Below are positions 7,709-17,077 of a stretch of DNA of 64,000 bases, piece by piece (within the stretch, counting starts at the first letter, position 1; every line of letters starts with the position of its first letter). Under the pieces are notes generated by a model, which was not told the DNA's origin, made no database searches, and worked only from the letters and a program-made list of their open reading frames with translations. The stretch is from a virus. Where the stretch lies: the IMG/VR virus record IMGVR_UViG_3300008954_000029, positions 1 to 64,000 of that record, one strand, 5' to 3'. The translations under genes and the position numbers were made by a program.

Positions 7709-7910
7709 CCCTTCACAAAAATCGCCTGAAATGGTCAAGTTTCTCGACCGGTACTCGGGTCGGACGCGAGCAATCGGTACCGATGTATGTATTGATCCCC
7801 CCTTCGGGTGTGGGGCCAAGGCAACCGATTTTAGAGACGAAGTATCGCGAAAGGAATACACAATCAGCGGTCTTTGCCAATCGTGCCAAGACCTTGTTTT
7901 TGGAGAATGA
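7701..7910 (+). CDS. small Zn-binding phage protein
   Basis: C..PPFGC...FRDEVSRKEYTISGLCQSCQD. Confidence 0.65.
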   Translation: MANPSQKSPEMVKFLDRYSGRTRAIGTDVCIDPPFGCGAKATDFRDEVSRKEYTISGLCQSCQDLVFGE

Positions 7911-7916
7911 AAAAAA

Positions 7917-8222
7917 ATGAACATTGGTGATGTTATCGTGGCCCTCGACAACACAGACGAGGGATTCAAGGAAGGCCAGGTGTGTCTCATCGAACGAGTT
8001 GATGAGGATGACAACTATGGCGACTGTTATGATGTGATGACTCTCAAGGCGTGGACTGAAACTCACGCTTACTTTGGGAAGCCCACTCACTACTGGTCGG
8101 CCACTCGCATTGAGGAACCCGCCAACTTTCAGATCATCGGAAGGGCAGCAAAGCTCGGCAAGCTCGGAGTTGTTCCGATGTCGAAGCAGGTGCGGGAGGC
8201 GATCTTTGACTCTCGGGAGTAA
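7917..8222 (+). CDS. SH3/KOW-like protein
   Basis: MNIGDVIV; SD GGAG. Confidence 0.65.
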   Translation: MNIGDVIVALDNTDEGFKEGQVCLIERVDEDDNYGDCYDVMTLKAWTETHAYFGKPTHYWSATRIEEPANFQIIGRAAKLGKLGVVPMSKQVREAIFDSRE

Positions 8223-8391
8223 AGTAAGACTCACCCGTAATGGAAAATTTCTCCGCAAGGGTGACAAGGGTGTCATCGTGGGTATAACAAAGAGCCTGCC
8301 AGGTGGCACTGTTGATTTTCAAGTCTCGTTTGACAATGATCGCGTAGAAACAATCCACAGCGCGGACCTTGAAGCCGTTGTGCGCGACTGA
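8206..8391 (+). CDS. SH3/KOW-like protein (TTG start)
   Basis: TLGSKVR...GDKGVIVG; SD GGGAGG. Confidence 0.6.
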   Translation: MTLGSKVRLTRNGKFLRKGDKGVIVGITKSLPGGTVDFQVSFDNDRVETIHSADLEAVVRD

Positions 8392-8593
8392 CCATTACAC
8401 CTTTTTTCAGCCTGGGGACTTGGTTTGTTACGAAGGGGAGTTCTGCGGCCTCGTTCTGTCTTGTAAACAAAATGAGTATTTTATTGTCAAATGGTTTGAC
8501 AATAGCGAAGAAACCGTGTATACTTATGACAGCGTGCAGTGGAAGCACATGCGAAATGCTTTCGTACTTGTGAGTTCCGCCCCCACGGAATGA
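8369..8593 (+). CDS. SH3/KOW-like protein
   Basis: FQPGDLV...GLVL...VKW. Confidence 0.6.
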   Translation: MKPLCATDHYTFFQPGDLVCYEGEFCGLVLSCKQNEYFIVKWFDNSEETVYTYDSVQWKHMRNAFVLVSSAPTE

Positions 8594-8677
8594 AATGATT
8601 TATTTTTTGTGTAACGTAATTTGCTTCGTCTTGGTTATGGCCGGGTGCTTTGAGCATGACGATTGGGATGATGCGTT

Positions 8678-8935
8678 ATGAAAAAAAAATCTATTCGCTT
8701 TGAGTCGGGGGATCTCCTTATACATTCCCGGAAGGAAAGCCAGGATCAAGACATCTACATCATTCTCGATAGGTTTTCAATTCCAGTAGAGAATGAGAAA
8801 ATTCTTCGTCACTTCTGGCATCTTTTTGATACCACGCAACAAAAGCGTGTCTCGATGTATGAAAAAAAAATGAGACACGAAGTGAAAAAAAACCCTGACC
8901 AGTGGAGGTTAGTGAAAAAAAGTAGGGTCCCTTAG
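8678..8935 (+). CDS. SH3/KOW-like protein
   Basis: FESGDLLI; 3' end overlaps tRNA-Thr. Confidence 0.55.
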   Translation: MKKKSIRFESGDLLIHSRKESQDQDIYIILDRFSIPVENEKILRHFWHLFDTTQQKRVSMYEKKMRHEVKKNPDQWRLVKKSRVP

Positions 8936-9001
8936 CTCACTTGGCAGAGCATTTCACTTGTAATGAAAAGGCACTCGGTTCGACCCCGAGAGGGACCTCC
9001 A
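8926..9001 (+). tRNA. tRNA-Thr(UGU)
   Basis: Acceptor GGTCCCT/AGGGACC, anticodon arm TTTCA-CTTGTAA-TGAAA, TTCGA T-loop, encoded CCA. Confidence 0.9.
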
Positions 9002-9014
9002 GGAGACAAAGAGC

Positions 9015-9566
9015 ATGCACAAAATCGATATTACAAAAAGAATAGCTGACAGCATTCCCGACAACAGGCAGGCGTGGGAAGGCTCTAAACACGAAAAATG
9101 GTTCTCGCTAGCTAGCGCCAGCAAGGGAAAGATTGGCACCCTGGCATACGCAGACCTCTTGCGATCAAAGGGTCTTGAGGTAAAGATCATCAGCAACGAG
9201 GGCGACCTAGAATATAAGGAAGCCGGGGCGCAGAAAAAAACGAAAGTTGAAGTGAAAACTTCCAAAGCCGATGTCTCAAAGTTGAAAAACGGGGAGCATA
9301 GGTTTGACCTCTGGTTCAACCAAATTCGCCCTAAACAAAAAGGGTGGAAAGAAATTGTCCTAGTAGGAGTGTTTCCCAACCACGTTAGAATCTGGCAGAA
9401 ATCGCGCAAGGAGTGGGACTCAACGTTCTCTGCCCTAGAATCGGTCAGCATCGGCCATAGGGGGTCAGAAGACCTAATGGAGGTGAGGCTGAGGAAGAAC
9501 ACTAACACAAACAACCTCAACGAATGGAAAGAAATCTACAATGACCAAGAAGGAAAAGCCCTGTAA
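9015..9566 (+). CDS. PD-(D/E)xK nuclease, putative restriction endonuclease
   Basis: KGKIG...GDL...KVEVKTS...FNQIR; overlaps downstream methyltransferase. Confidence 0.6.
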   Translation: MHKIDITKRIADSIPDNRQAWEGSKHEKWFSLASASKGKIGTLAYADLLRSKGLEVKIISNEGDLEYKEAGAQKKTKVEVKTSKADVSKLKNGEHRFDLWFNQIRPKQKGWKEIVLVGVFPNHVRIWQKSRKEWDSTFSALESVSIGHRGSEDLMEVRLRKNTNTNNLNEWKEIYNDQEGKAL

Positions 9567-10467
9567 TAGGAACAATGTAAAACAGGGGCACAGGACAAAG
9601 CAGTCCTACGCCAACACCCGCACGACAGGCAAAGAACAGTACTATACAAACCCCGATGTGGTCGATCTCTGCATTCGTGAAGTGCAAAAACACATTGACA
9701 TCAAAAACCACGTCATCTTGGAGCCCTGCGGAGGCACGGGAGAATTTATCGAAGGGCTCCGCAGAGCAGGTGTCTCGGACGATAAAATAGTATCTTTTGA
9801 CATCGAACCCAAGCACCCCATGGTGCAGGCTGGGGACTATCTAGAGACGGCCTTTGCAAGTGAAAATCTGATTTCGATTACGAATCCCCCCTTCGGCAGA
9901 GCTTCCAGCCTGGCTAAAAAGTTCTTCAACCATGCGGCTGGCCATTGTGAATTCATTTGTTATCTGGTGCCAAAAAGTTGGCGCAAGTGGACTGTCCACA
10001 ACTCTCTTGACAAAAGTTTCCACCTGATTGCCGATATTGAAATGCCGAAGAACTGTTTTTATCTCTCATCCGGCGAAAAGAAGGAAAAGGATGTATTGAA
10101 TACAGTTTTTCAGATCTGGGAGCGGAGGGACTACCAACGACAGAAAATCCAAGTCCCTGACCACAAGCTAATCAAAAAGGTGTTGCCAAAAAAGAACGAG
10201 CAGGGCCAAAAAATCGTGAGCGATGCAAACTACTCAATAATCACCTTTGGTCATAGCTGTGGCAAGACAGCCGAAATCCAAGGCGATGTTCCGTACAAAA
10301 CCACAACAATGTACCTCAAAATCGACAAGGACGAAGTAAAGGAGGCGCTGCAACAAGTCAACTTATCAAAGTATTACAACAATGTGTCTTATGTTCAGGC
10401 CCTCTCCATACAGGAAATCAACTATGAACTAAACGAGTGGTTTGGCCTACAAAACTACACGTTCTAA
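9541..10467 (+). CDS. N6-adenine (amino) DNA methyltransferase
   Basis: QYYT, LEPCGGTGEF (motif I), NPPFG (motif IV). Confidence 0.85.
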   Translation: MTKKEKPCNRNNVKQGHRTKQSYANTRTTGKEQYYTNPDVVDLCIREVQKHIDIKNHVILEPCGGTGEFIEGLRRAGVSDDKIVSFDIEPKHPMVQAGDYLETAFASENLISITNPPFGRASSLAKKFFNHAAGHCEFICYLVPKSWRKWTVHNSLDKSFHLIADIEMPKNCFYLSSGEKKEKDVLNTVFQIWERRDYQRQKIQVPDHKLIKKVLPKKNEQGQKIVSDANYSIITFGHSCGKTAEIQGDVPYKTTTMYLKIDKDEVKEALQQVNLSKYYNNVSYVQALSIQEINYELNEWFGLQNYTF

Positions 10468-10484
10468 CTCCAGCAAATACTTAT

Positions 10485-10560
<76 letters not shown>

Positions 10561-10561
10561 C

Positions 10562-10768
10562 TTGAGAGACAAAATGGGAATAGGTGATCTAGTACAAATG
10601 CGCCAATTGCGCGCTCCGTTCGACGATATGTACGGAATAGGGGTAATCATTGACATCTACACCGATGTGTGTCTTATGGAGTACAAAGTGCAATTTAGAC
10701 ACGAAGCCTTGTGGGTGGAGGAGCCTGACCTAATACTGGTTAGCCGAATGCGAAAGAGGGAGATATAA
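10562..10768 (+). CDS. SH3/KOW-like protein
   Basis: MGIGDLVQ...IGVIID. Confidence 0.65.
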   Translation: MRDKMGIGDLVQMRQLRAPFDDMYGIGVIIDIYTDVCLMEYKVQFRHEALWVEEPDLILVSRMRKREI

Positions 10769-11113
10769 ATGAGTAGAATTGTAGAGAAGCCCTGGGGTCA
10801 CGAACTTATTTGGGCCGAGACCGATAAATATGTTGGGAAGTATCTTTACATCGAATCGGGAAAGCGCCTTTCTAGGCAGTACCACGAAGTAAAAGATGAA
10901 ACCATCCTAGTAATCAGTGGGAACCTCACTCTCCAAATTGGAGAAGGCGACGACATGGAAACAATCGAACTCGGCAGCTATGATAGCTTTCACATCACGC
11001 CCGGTACAATCCATCGCTTTTGTGCGGCGAAGGGGTCCGTTCACCTGATCGAAGCATCCACTCCCGAACTGGATGATGTCGTAAGAATCCAAGATGACTT
11101 CGGACGGGACTGA
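10769..11113 (+). CDS. cupin protein (mannose-6-phosphate isomerase type II-like)
   Basis: KPWG...LSRQYH..KDET...PGTIHRF...DDVVR. Confidence 0.8.
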   Translation: MSRIVEKPWGHELIWAETDKYVGKYLYIESGKRLSRQYHEVKDETILVISGNLTLQIGEGDDMETIELGSYDSFHITPGTIHRFCAAKGSVHLIEASTPELDDVVRIQDDFGRD

Positions 11114-11297
11114 ACTTCTCGGAATTGGCGCGCTGGTGCGCATCAAGGACGGGGTGGAGGATAGGGATATCCCCGTCAATCGGTTGGGCCTCATCGTGAG
11201 AATAGACGGGAAAGAAGAGACCTACTTTGTCCTCCTTTCCAACGGCAAGCAGCTTTGCTTCAACTCTTACTGGTTAATACCAGTCGAGACGGGATAA
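11094..11297 (+). CDS. SH3/KOW-like protein
   Basis: GIGALVRI...LGLIV. Confidence 0.6.
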   Translation: MTSDGTELLGIGALVRIKDGVEDRDIPVNRLGLIVRIDGKEETYFVLLSNGKQLCFNSYWLIPVETG

Positions 11298-11311
11298 CTC
11301 TGTTCTTCTGA

Positions 11312-11319
11312 ACTATTTA
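11312..11319 (+). promoter_or_regulatory. ACTATTTA motif (putative late promoter)
   Basis: AACTATTTATAGCG-ATG; this plus-strand copy fixes the motif orientation. Confidence 0.65.
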
Positions 11320-11324
11320 TAGCG

Positions 11325-11543
11325 ATGAAGAAAGAGATGAACCTAAAAGTTGGAGACCTCCTTCACAACGAAGAGACACAAGTCTCTTTCATTCTCGTAG
11401 AGTATTATAAGAAGGCTGGTCCTCCACGTTACTTCTGGAAGATGCTGTCTCTCAAGTCGGGCACACTCGTTCACATTCAAGCGGCCGAACTAAATAAAGA
11501 AATCTTAAAACAAAATGCGAGCTGGGTCGTTATAGAGGGTTAG
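11325..11543 (+). CDS. SH3/KOW-like protein
   Basis: LKVGDLL. Confidence 0.6.
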   Translation: MKKEMNLKVGDLLHNEETQVSFILVEYYKKAGPPRYFWKMLSLKSGTLVHIQAAELNKEILKQNASWVVIEG

Positions 11544-11544
11544 A

Positions 11545-12180
11545 CTACTTCTTCTCGCAATTAATTGTTGCCTGATACACAACGTCCTCAAAGATAACAC
11601 CCTGGCCGCGGCAATTGCCACACGGGTTAGGAACAACCCTCCCTCTACCACTACAATGGGCGCACGCTTGAACCGTGCTCATAACCATCCCGCCCATTCG
11701 TTGAGTGTGCTCAACCTGCCCCTCGCCGTCGCACACGCTACACTCCACAATCTCGTCTCCACCAACACCCCCACATGGGGCACACAACTTTTCTTCACGA
11801 ATCTTGAACTTCTGTTTTATTGGTCCCGCCTTGATGTCCTTGAGGGGGATAGTGAATCGCACAGTAGGTTCGTGCTTGACCCTTTGACGTTGACTTGGGC
11901 GGGGGCGCTGGTGGCCGAAGATGTCATGGAAGATTGACTCAAACCCCTCAAAGGGATTACCAGGATGGGGGCGACGGCCACGATTGTCGTACTGTTGACG
12001 AAGCGAGTCATCACTCAAAGTTGAGTACGCGGCGCTGATCTCCTTGAACTTATCTTCTGCTTCTGGATTGTCGGGGTTCTTATCTGGATGGTACTTCTGC
12101 GCTAACTTGCGGTATGCTTTCTTTATTTCGCTCTTTGTGGCATTCTTCTTAAGGCCTAGAGCCTTATAGAAATCAGTCAT
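11545..12180 (-). CDS. dnaJ: DnaJ chaperone (J domain and Zn finger, short C-terminus)
   Basis: [21 protein letters not shown]; four CxxCxGxG repeats. Confidence 0.9.
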   Translation of the reverse strand: MTDFYKALGLKKNATKSEIKKAYRKLAQKYHPDKNPDNPEAEDKFKEISAAYSTLSDDSLRQQYDNRGRRPHPGNPFEGFESIFHDIFGHQRPRPSQRQRVKHEPTVRFTIPLKDIKAGPIKQKFKIREEKLCAPCGGVGGDEIVECSVCDGEGQVEHTQRMGGMVMSTVQACAHCSGRGRVVPNPCGNCRGQGVIFEDVVYQATINCEKK

Positions 12181-12586
12181 GTATCTCCACTTCCGCTGTA
12201 TACTGCGCACGTTCCACGATACAAGTCGCGTCGTTACAGAGAGAATAACTTAATCTTATCTTCACTTCTTCAACCCCCGCTTCCAAAGGAACAAACGGAA
12301 TTACGACTACAATGTAATCCTTCTCAACTAGGAAATGTTCTTTCTCGTAGAGTCCGTAAGTTTTAAGTTTGGTGGGCTTCTTTGCTATGCGAGCAGTGGA
12401 AGGATAATCCTTATTGTATTTGAGATTGTCGTGAGGCTGAATAACTATTAAAAGTTGATTTGCTAGACCAGTCTGGTATTCGTTGGTCATCAAGAAGATG
12501 TCGCTATGACGTGGCTCTGCCGAAGTTGACACGGGGATCACCAACATAGTCAGCAACACCAAAATTGAAGCAATTTTTCTTATCAT
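12173..12586 (-). CDS. secreted protein, DsbD N-domain-like
   Basis: Signal peptide; C-terminal YSLCNDATC. Confidence 0.55.
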   Translation of the reverse strand: MIRKIASILVLLTMLVIPVSTSAEPRHSDIFLMTNEYQTGLANQLLIVIQPHDNLKYNKDYPSTARIAKKPTKLKTYGLYEKEHFLVEKDYIVVVIPFVPLEAGVEEVKIRLSYSLCNDATCIVERAQYTAEVEIHD

Positions 12587-12597
12587 ACTGTTAGTAA

Positions 12598-13200
12598 CTA
12601 GGCCTCTGGTTCGTTTTCTATCTCCTCTACAAACTCATCCAAGTCTTGTAGGTCGTACAAGACATAAACTTTCTGACGGATTCCGGGGAGGGAAAGAACT
12701 CTGTTGAAGTTCTCGTTCTCCATTTCTCGCTTCATCAAAGCGACACGATCCGGTGTTCCTCTTGCGTGGTGACGGCGCTCATACTCTTCGGCGTCATCAA
12801 TGGCGCAGTGCATAAACCGAATGTCCCTTCCGTTCTGTTCGGCAAAACGATTCAATTTGCTCACGCTGGAAATGTCTGTTATGATTACCGCCTTCCCTGG
12901 TTGATGGAAGTCGTTAATGTTCGTTCCATAGTAGTGTCCGTCATAACGATTTGTATTGATCATCAGTCCGCGGTTGAATAAGTCATTGAATTCTTTTGGA
13001 GAAACAAAATGGTATTCCTTTTCCTCAAAAGTGCGCGGAGGTCGTGTCGTGAAAGACTTTATGTGACGCCAACCTTTTCCCGTGAGGTGATTCTTGTAAG
13101 TTGTCTTTCCACAACCGGTTGGGCCAAAGATGGCGATGATAGGATCTCGGCTGCGGGACTCACTCATACGGTATTTCCATTCTTCAATTAGTTTCTTCAT
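12598..13200 (-). CDS. guanylate kinase-like P-loop kinase with divergent shared leader
   Basis: GPTGCGKT, SFTTRPPR..E..YHF, YYGT; leader MKKLIEEWKYRMSE. Confidence 0.8.
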   Translation of the reverse strand: MKKLIEEWKYRMSESRSRDPIIAIFGPTGCGKTTYKNHLTGKGWRHIKSFTTRPPRTFEEKEYHFVSPKEFNDLFNRGLMINTNRYDGHYYGTNINDFHQPGKAVIITDISSVSKLNRFAEQNGRDIRFMHCAIDDAEEYERRHHARGTPDRVALMKREMENENFNRVLSLPGIRQKVYVLYDLQDLDEFVEEIENEPEA

Positions 13201-13913
13201 CTGCTCACCTCTTCATCGGTATCGTCTATTATACCCTCTTTCAGGTTCTCTAGTTTAGCAATAGTTGCGTCAGTGGTGCCGTGCTTGTGAAGTATTCCTA
13301 TTCCGCCGGCTTCCTTCCAAGCATTAATCTTTTTGGGTGTGTCGTCAATAAGAATGTTCGGCTTGCCGTCCTCGTTGACCGCATACTTATGTTTGTTTCT
13401 TTCCACGATCGTGCGATGATCTTCAATTCCCAAGTTTCTATTGACCCAGGCGCGCTTGCCCTGGTGGTCTCCACCCTCGGGATCACTTCTCATAGGAGCA
13501 GTGAGGATAAAAGGAGCAGGCGTTAGTTCTTCAAGGTAGTTCCACAGGTCCAGACCGTCAGGCCTCTGCCAGCCCAGATTAGTCCAGAAGTCCAAGTTGT
13601 TTTGGAGGCGAGGATACATATAGTTGCGCACGGCCTGGATTCTAATCTCTTTGTGGAGACTGAAATCATCAGGAGTAACTTGGAATGGCTCTGACCTTCC
13701 AAGTTCTCGCAACTTCTCGATCATTTTATCGTAACGTTTTCTTTGTTCCTCGGGGACGCGGCTAGGGTCTGCTAAATCCTCATTTATTAATTTAGCAGCT
13801 CCCTCTTCGAAGCCTACGAGAACGCCGTCCAGGTCGCAATAAATCTGGAATGGGTAGATTTCTTCTTCGGATTCAGTCAAATAGGTTCTCCAATTTTCAA
13901 GTATGAGTTTCAT
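13197..13913 (-). CDS. HAD 5'(3')-nucleotidase-like with shared leader
   Basis: YCDLDGVL, ILTAP, GK..W, ILIDD; leader MKLILENWRTYLTE. Confidence 0.85.
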   Translation of the reverse strand: MKLILENWRTYLTESEEEIYPFQIYCDLDGVLVGFEEGAAKLINEDLADPSRVPEEQRKRYDKMIEKLRELGRSEPFQVTPDDFSLHKEIRIQAVRNYMYPRLQNNLDFWTNLGWQRPDGLDLWNYLEELTPAPFILTAPMRSDPEGGDHQGKRAWVNRNLGIEDHRTIVERNKHKYAVNEDGKPNILIDDTPKKINAWKEAGGIGILHKHGTTDATIAKLENLKEGIIDDTDEEVSR

Positions 13914-14275
13914 AACTGTACCCTTTGCACTGGTACTTTTTCCACACCGAGCCTCTTTGCGGCTTCAAGTCGATGGTGGCCATCCACAACATACCAAAAG
14001 GGTTCATCTTGGCCACTCTTCGGTGTCGGTTCGTAGTCCTCCTGCCCTTGCAACTTTGCTGTAACAACGGGCTTTTGGCTGCAAACGCTTATCGGCTCAA
14101 AGTCTCCATTTTCAATCTGGTACATTTTATTTTGTACCTGCTGCTCGCACTCTTGACTAGGACAGTCGTGGTCCTTGCCGTGACCCAACTCTTCTGTTGG
14201 GATTAGTTCCTCTATCCTAACGTGGAAAACTCCTTCGTTTAAATACTTCTTCCAATTTTCAAGTATGAGTTTCAT
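13910..14275 (-). CDS. ParB/Srx-like domain protein with shared leader
   Basis: PISV...VVDGHHRLEAAKRLG..KVPV; leader MKLILENWKKYLNE. Confidence 0.8.
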   Translation of the reverse strand: MKLILENWKKYLNEGVFHVRIEELIPTEELGHGKDHDCPSQECEQQVQNKMYQIENGDFEPISVCSQKPVVTAKLQGQEDYEPTPKSGQDEPFWYVVDGHHRLEAAKRLGVEKVPVQRVQL

Positions 14276-15223
14276 TTATTCTTCGACCTCCGGCAACTCT
14301 GGTTGCCCCTCTATAGTAGAATAACCCACATCAATAATCGCAACCTGACCGTTCTTCTCCATAATGTTTGAGGTTTTCAGGTCATCAAAAGTAATTCCGT
14401 TCTCTTTCAAGAAAGTCAATGCGGAAGCGAGTTGGTGAAAGTAATCCAGTCTGGGGTCATCAAGAAACTTGTTTGCGTATTCTTCTGCTGCCTCAACCGA
14501 ATTGAAGTATTGGTTGTAGGCACCTCCCAGCAAGATCCACAGCACCTCAAACAACTTATGTTCGGCAGGACCCCAACCCATTGCGGCTGCTATTTGCTTG
14601 ATTTTAGGGCGAACATCGGCGGCTGTCTCACTTGGCTCTCCAAGTATCGCCGGATTGTTGTTGGCTGCTTCTAAAAACTGGGCCACTAATTCTTTTCCTT
14701 TTTCAAGGTTGGCGTCATCCCAGTTATAAAATAACTCTTTGTCTTTCCTGCGAATCATAAAGTAAAGCATCTCCGCAGCATCAGCCATGTTATTCGTCGG
14801 GTAGTCCAAGAATTCATAGACGATGACATAGGGGGCCGTGCGATGCGTTCCTCCGCTGTTGTCCATGTTCTCCCTGGCTCTGCGACCAGCAGCAACGATG
14901 TCATAAACATTTGGATGAGACTTTCCTACCAAGAGGGCAGCACCTTCTGTCTCGCGACGGTCGTTCGTAAATTTGAGAACCTTGTCTCCAAACCTGTACG
15001 CCTTTCCTCGCGAGCCCTGACCCAAGAAGGACGGTTCGCCTTCCAAACCTCCCCATTCCTTGATGGCTGCTAGTTCTTCCTCGGGGATCTGAATGGTGTT
15101 ATCACTCTCACCCACCTCTTTCAAGAGGTCAAGGACAAAACGTTTTCCGGTATCGGGATCAAGAGTATTGATTCTCTCATTTAAGCGGTTGTACTCTCGC
15201 CAATTTTCAAGTAGGAGTTTCAT
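14276..15223 (-). CDS. protein kinase-like enzyme with shared leader
   Basis: LGQGSRGKAY, VLKFT, HPNV, DLKTSNI, IIDVG; leader MKLLLENWREYNRLNE. Confidence 0.8.
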   Translation of the reverse strand: MKLLLENWREYNRLNERINTLDPDTGKRFVLDLLKEVGESDNTIQIPEEELAAIKEWGGLEGEPSFLGQGSRGKAYRFGDKVLKFTNDRRETEGAALLVGKSHPNVYDIVAAGRRARENMDNSGGTHRTAPYVIVYEFLDYPTNNMADAAEMLYFMIRRKDKELFYNWDDANLEKGKELVAQFLEAANNNPAILGEPSETAADVRPKIKQIAAAMGWGPAEHKLFEVLWILLGGAYNQYFNSVEAAEEYANKFLDDPRLDYFHQLASALTFLKENGITFDDLKTSNIMEKNGQVAIIDVGYSTIEGQPELPEVEE

Positions 15224-15663
15224 TGTGGAACTTCCTCGACAACACCCCTCAACATAATGCCCGACAAGGGCTCGAAGTTTTCCTCCGGTATCTTGTTGGA
15301 ATGGAAGGGCTTACCTCCCCCTTCGCGATTGACGGCAACAGTAACGTGCGGAAAGGAAATCTTCTTACTGATTTCGCTTGGGGCCTCAACCTTTACAGCC
15401 ATAGCTCTCTCATCTTGCCCGACAGCCACAACGGGCAGTTCCACCTCTGAACCCGCAGGATAAGTCTGTGAGAAGTCGTGCTTACCTTTCTTGTGTACCA
15501 AAGATCCTAATGTGATAGTCATGTGGTGAGCAACGGGTTCCCACCCTTCTGGAATTGGAAGGCTCAAAAGCGCTTCCTTCGAGGCGTCGTCCAAAACTAT
15601 TCCAGAGTACGCTATGTTCTGTTCTGTTAAGAACTCTCGCCAATTTTCAAGTAGGAGTTTCAT
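15220..15663 (-). CDS. 2H phosphoesterase with shared leader
   Basis: Two HxT motifs (HMT, HVT); leader MKLLLENWREFLTE. Confidence 0.8.
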   Translation of the reverse strand: MKLLLENWREFLTEQNIAYSGIVLDDASKEALLSLPIPEGWEPVAHHMTITLGSLVHKKGKHDFSQTYPAGSEVELPVVAVGQDERAMAVKVEAPSEISKKISFPHVTVAVNREGGGKPFHSNKIPEENFEPLSGIMLRGVVEEVPQ

Positions 15664-16169
15664 TTACTTATTACACCCCCATGTTTCTCATAAAATTCTA
15701 AATCCTCTGGGGTTGCTTCCCTGACTAGATGTGAGTAATCATCTACATTCACCTCTTCGACGTCACACACTTGCGCATCAACCTCTGAAACCCATTCCGG
15801 TTTATCTCTCGGCACGCCAGTATTTCTAAAGGTATCTTTTGGCAATTTGTACAAAAAAACCTTCTCCCCATGACGTATCTTCCCTTTAACAACTACTAAT
15901 TGAAGTGGCTTTGCGCTAACGTTGGTGAAAACATCAGGCCACGACCCATCGGAATCTCTTCCCACTAAACCAGCCATAATTGCCTGATTCCTGTCCTCAG
16001 TTGCGTATACTGCTTTAAGGTTTTGTTCTGGAGCGCCGCCGATATCCTCGGCTTGTCGAGCTTGCACTGGACCTTCAAATTTTACAGCAGAGCCATGCCA
16101 CACGAACTCGTCGCAAGGTTTCTTCTCTTCATTCAAATACTTTCGCCAATTTTCAAGTAGGAGTTTCAT
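15660..16169 (-). CDS. ADP-ribosyltransferase-like (H-Y-E/Arr type) with shared leader
   Basis: VWHGS...VYAT...LY...EWVS; leader MKLLLENWRKYLNE. Confidence 0.65.
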   Translation of the reverse strand: MKLLLENWRKYLNEEKKPCDEFVWHGSAVKFEGPVQARQAEDIGGAPEQNLKAVYATEDRNQAIMAGLVGRDSDGSWPDVFTNVSAKPLQLVVVKGKIRHGEKVFLYKLPKDTFRNTGVPRDKPEWVSEVDAQVCDVEEVNVDDYSHLVREATPEDLEFYEKHGGVISK

Positions 16170-17074
16170 ATATCAATCACCACAAATTCATCTGGGCTTT
16201 CTATGCTCATTCCGAGATTACCAGGATGAACGTCTTGGAGGACGTGCGTTGTCCTGAGACGCACAGCGAGTCTGGTAAGTGTTTTAATCAAATTCATTGT
16301 TAGGTCGGGAGTGAGTACGCCCATCTCCATATCAAGTATATCTTCTTCTTCCGCAAAAGGCAAGCTCTTTCTGTTGCGCCACCAGTGTTGAACCAGTTCC
16401 ACTTTCTCATCCACGCTCCGATTGGGGTCCTTTAAGAGAGCCCCGTGATAAAGTGCGGCCTCCACAAACTGCGCCAGTTGGTGAATGTCAAAGTCAAGAC
16501 GCATCAAATCAAACTCGGGCAGTTTTCCCAGGCTGTGCGGGGCAGCATCAGACAACGGTATAATTCCACTCATTTCAACGTATTTTAGGTCACGGCCTGA
16601 TTGATCAGGGAAAGGAACTTCCCCATAGTCGTGAATTGCCGGCTCGTCCGTTGAGGACTCTCCCTTAAACTGTCTGTCTTGAATACCAGCATACCAATCT
16701 AGATCATCATACTCTCCACCGCCGTATCCACTCCGAAATAGACTAAAAATGTGATCGTTGTCCAGCCGGTAGGCAATCTTCTTGGTGCCGCTCCCGATGA
16801 CTTTAAGAATCTTATTTGTCCGCAGAGGCGGTATACTTCCCACTAATTGAATCAATTCTTCCTCGTCAAGATCCCAAAGAGCGAACTTCTCCATCGCGTC
16901 AGGACCTTGCGTCGTGGGGGTAATCTTTAACATTTTCCGATTGTGATGAACGATCGGGTCATCAGCGAGCGGAACTTGTTCCGTCTCTCTTTCTCCGTCA
17001 TCACCAAGGTCGGGATCGTCGTCAAGGACGCGCTCATTCAAATACTTCCGCCAATTTTCGAATAGAAGTTTCAT
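16166..17074 (-). CDS. protein kinase-like enzyme with shared leader
   Basis: IGSGTKKIAY, PAIHDYG, DVHPGN, VVID; leader MKLLFENWRKYLNE. Confidence 0.7.
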   Translation of the reverse strand: MKLLFENWRKYLNERVLDDDPDLGDDGERETEQVPLADDPIVHHNRKMLKITPTTQGPDAMEKFALWDLDEEELIQLVGSIPPLRTNKILKVIGSGTKKIAYRLDNDHIFSLFRSGYGGGEYDDLDWYAGIQDRQFKGESSTDEPAIHDYGEVPFPDQSGRDLKYVEMSGIIPLSDAAPHSLGKLPEFDLMRLDFDIHQLAQFVEAALYHGALLKDPNRSVDEKVELVQHWWRNRKSLPFAEEEDILDMEMGVLTPDLTMNLIKTLTRLAVRLRTTHVLQDVHPGNLGMSIESPDEFVVIDI

Positions 17075-17077
17075 ATC

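Larger units (their letters stand above)
13170..17074 (-). repeat. repeated leader-coding DNA at the 5' end of seven genes
   Basis: ATGAAACTC(C/A)TACTTGAAAATTGG at starts 13913, 14275, 15223, 15663 and 16169; variants at 17074 and 13200. Confidence 0.9.
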
